This document shows, one piece after another, positions 63,001 through 64,000 of a stretch of DNA of 64,000 nt. This stretch comes from Prasinococcaceae sp. CCMP 1430. Taxonomy: Eukaryota; Plantae; Prasinodermophyta. Within the stretch, counting starts at the first letter, position 1. Every line of letters starts with the position of its first letter. The translations under genes were made by a program, and so were the position numbers. Location of the stretch: the NCBI GenBank assembly GCA_013416795.1, contig RQSC01000518.1, positions 7,346 through 71,345 of the forward strand, in the 5' to 3' direction. A model generated the notes under the pieces. It saw only the letters and a program-made list of their open reading frames with translations. It ran no database searches and had not been told where the DNA came from.

Positions 63001-64000
63001 GCTCATCGGGCGTCATCTCTCTTTCGGCCTGGGCCTGGGCCTCCGCCTTGGCCTTCGCCTCGGCCTCAGCCTTGGCCTTGGCAGCCCGGGCTTCGGCCAG
63101 GGCCTGCGCCAGGGCCTCGGCCTTGGCCTCGGCCTCGGCTAGGGCCTCGGCCTGCGCCTGGGCCTCGGCCTCGGCCTGAGCCCGGGCCGCGGCCAGGCGC
63201 TGGGCCTCGGCCTCGGCCTCGGCCTTCGCCTGGGCCTCGGCCTCGGCCTTGGCCTGGGCCTCGGCCTCGGCCTCGGCCTTCGCCTGGGCCAGCCGGAGCC
63301 GGAAGCGGACCCGGAGCCGGAGCCGGAAGCGGACCCGGAGCCGGAGAGCGGCCTCTGCCTCCTCTGCCTTCACCTCCTCGGCCTCCGTGCGCTCGTCGCT
63401 GCCGCCCTTCGCGGCCTCGATCGCACCGACAAGCGCTGCACGCTCCTTGGTCAGCGCCTGCAGCATCTCTCTCGCGGCCCTGAGACGCTCCTCGGCGCTC
63501 GCAACCGCGGCCGCGTGTTCCAAGGCGTCCGGCGCGCTGCTATCAGCCTCGGTCGGATCGGCGCCTTCGCCATCGACCACAGCTGCGCCGTTGTGCAGCG
63601 CGTCACCCTCAGCACCGCTCATCGCACCGACTGCGTGCGAGGCGCTGTCATGCTCGAGCTCCTCGGCAGCGACCACGGCGGCACGAAGCCGGTCGACAAG
63701 CGTGCTCTTGATACCCTCGGCGGACAGGCCGACGGTGACGCACATCTCACGCAGCTCGCGCACGGGCATCCTTTGCAGCGCCGAGTTCGACAGCCCCGCG
63801 ACAGTGTCAAGCACGGCGCGACCATCAGCGCTCACGGGGTGTGCCAGCACGTGCGCCGATGTGCCGACGTCCGTAGCGGCGGCGATGGTCGGGCCATTCG
63901 ACGCCTTGCCGTTGACCTCAATGCTCGTATCGATGGTCTCCGCGCGAGCGACGCGCCGCCGCGTCCCCGCGCGCCGCGCCCCCCGCGCGCCCCCGCGCCC
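60038..64000 (-). CDS. SS3: Soluble starch synthase III (three CBM53 domains plus GT5/GT1); start lies beyond the window
   Basis: Frame open to the window edge; three CBM53 domains ending in YDNNG-type motifs; VAVEMAPIAKVGGLGDV, HCHDW, FTIHNL, TVSPTYA, GIRNGID, RLTHQKG and VPSMFEPCGLTQM. Confidence 0.97.
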   Translation of the reverse strand, partial: GRGGARGARRAGTRRRVARAETIDTSIEVNGKASNGPTIAAATDVGTSAHVLAHPVSADGRAVLDTVAGLSNSALQRMPVRELREMCVTVGLSAEGIKSTLVDRLRAAVVAAEELEHDSASHAVGAMSGAEGDALHNGAAVVDGEGADPTEADSSAPDALEHAAAVASAEERLRAAREMLQALTKERAALVGAIEAAKGGSDERTEAEEVKAEEAEAALRLRVRFRLRLRVRFRLRLAQAKAEAEAEAQAKAEAEAQAKAEAEAEAQRLAAARAQAEAEAQAQAEALAEAEAKAEALAQALAEARAAKAKAEAEAKAKAEAQAQAEREMTPDELIAANAGDMFFFVPSNVAAGESTTMYFNRAASPALASRPTILLQYGFNDWQWENSTATLMPTNTHKDGGNDWWSTSFDVPKEAYEMNFVLHDSDGLYENNGMANFWAAVNGGTYTYEAFAAFIKAEKERAEQERAASEAREKAAKSAAEAEETRAREEKEEKRRLAEALAGDRRVAEEAINSARMQAEQSSRELPTSVKGRFYAEPSSPAAGKSAKLFYNAKGTPLEGSEEVYVVVGSNSWQGEPSQTLHMQRVSEVAEPSASEVAEPSASEVADASASEAEDASASEAEDASASEAEDASASEAEDASASEDEDASASEEEDGKWFMAEISVPTSAWQLDFVTTTEEADGCGAYDNNGMQDYHLRVEHGMDEAYWEALIQEKTAEATAAREVREAEEAAKQRARAVKRAAQREAAMEAVRFSQSHVWYSEPAVPSAGNAVKIFYNPRNTCLNGNDAVYVRGGWNRWTHGASWGPVKMERVTTEDDDSHYLVAEITAPPEAWCADFVFSDGPEEHASYDNNGGLDFHLPLQGASATQPPMHIMHVAVEMAPIAKVGGLGDVVTSISRAIIDAGHQVEVVLPKYDCINYDAVRDLREEGGFQFGGTYVRIFRGEVVGVPTYFLAPDSGIFNVGCVYGRNDDAGRFGFFCNAALDFMLATGRHPDIVHCHDWSSAPVASMLNNYHETYLGKTRAVFTIHNLNYGADLIGQAMAACSMATTVSPTYANEISGHPAIAPNHGKFHGIRNGIDPDIWSPEDDMWLPVHYDETNIVEGKAANKLALQQRLNMAQDPDRPLVGIVTRLTHQKGIHLIEHAIHKVLERGGQVVLLGSAPDPRVQGGFEAMRHGVEQTPHGRMVLTYDEPLSHLIYAGADFICVPSMFEPCGLTQMIAMRFGSVPIVRKTGGLNDTVFDVTHDEERCTWYGYETNGFSFDGTDNEALDYALNRALDAYYDGREWLQDLQRRCLMQDFTWNRPAVEYLELYYQASKQ
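62041..62232. repeat. 24-bp coding minisatellite x8 in SS3
   Basis: Units cttcgctggcggac(gcg/ggc)tcc..., encoding SEVAEPSA, SEAEDASA and SEDEDASA. Confidence 0.95.
63030..63345. repeat. Coding low-complexity (GCCTCG-type, AE/AQ/AK) repeats plus a 24-bp repeat in SS3
   Basis: AEAEAQAKAEAE... array and ccggagccggaagcggac-containing repeats at about 63292-63346. Confidence 0.85.

Noticed and set aside
1-64000. Hundreds of long Ala/Arg/Gly/Pro-rich ORFs in the track, including long antisense ORFs over INO1, CBP80, SS3 and JMJD6
   Set aside because: Expected from high GC content and codon bias (few stop codons); no family motifs; they shadow real genes.

Overview
GC-rich (roughly 70% by eye), gene-dense nuclear DNA from a green-lineage alga, probably prasinophyte-like. 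The lineage call is an inference from starch synthase III, PsbP-domain protein 2, TAP38/PPH1, ClpF, short GT-AG introns and recurrent TGTAA polyadenylation signals. About 30 protein-coding genes or fragments are supportable. They include a JmjC-like/TPR protein, an EF-hand protein, INO1, CBP80, BCAT, PPD2, two double-retropepsin proteins, DPH5, a purple acid phosphatase preceded by a DJ-1/InhA fragment, DNA polymerase lambda, DUF4392, leishmanolysin, an M20 hydrolase, ClpF, a LETM1-like protein, an ABCI ATPase, PPH1, guanylate kinase, FCF2, two family-16 methyltransferases, Nup54 and TAF8 fragments, JMJD6, HGLS and SS3. There is one clear RNA gene: a U6 snRNA at about 53020-53121. It is unusually divergent at normally invariant positions yet carries compensatory base-pair changes, lacks a normal oligo-T terminator and is followed by a hairpin-rich 3' segment; this is the most striking observation. 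The assembly has two N gaps and three single-N joins, so several apparent fusions or truncations may be artefacts. I saw no CRISPR array, rRNA, complete tRNA or autonomous transposon. All family calls come from motif recognition by eye, not database searches.
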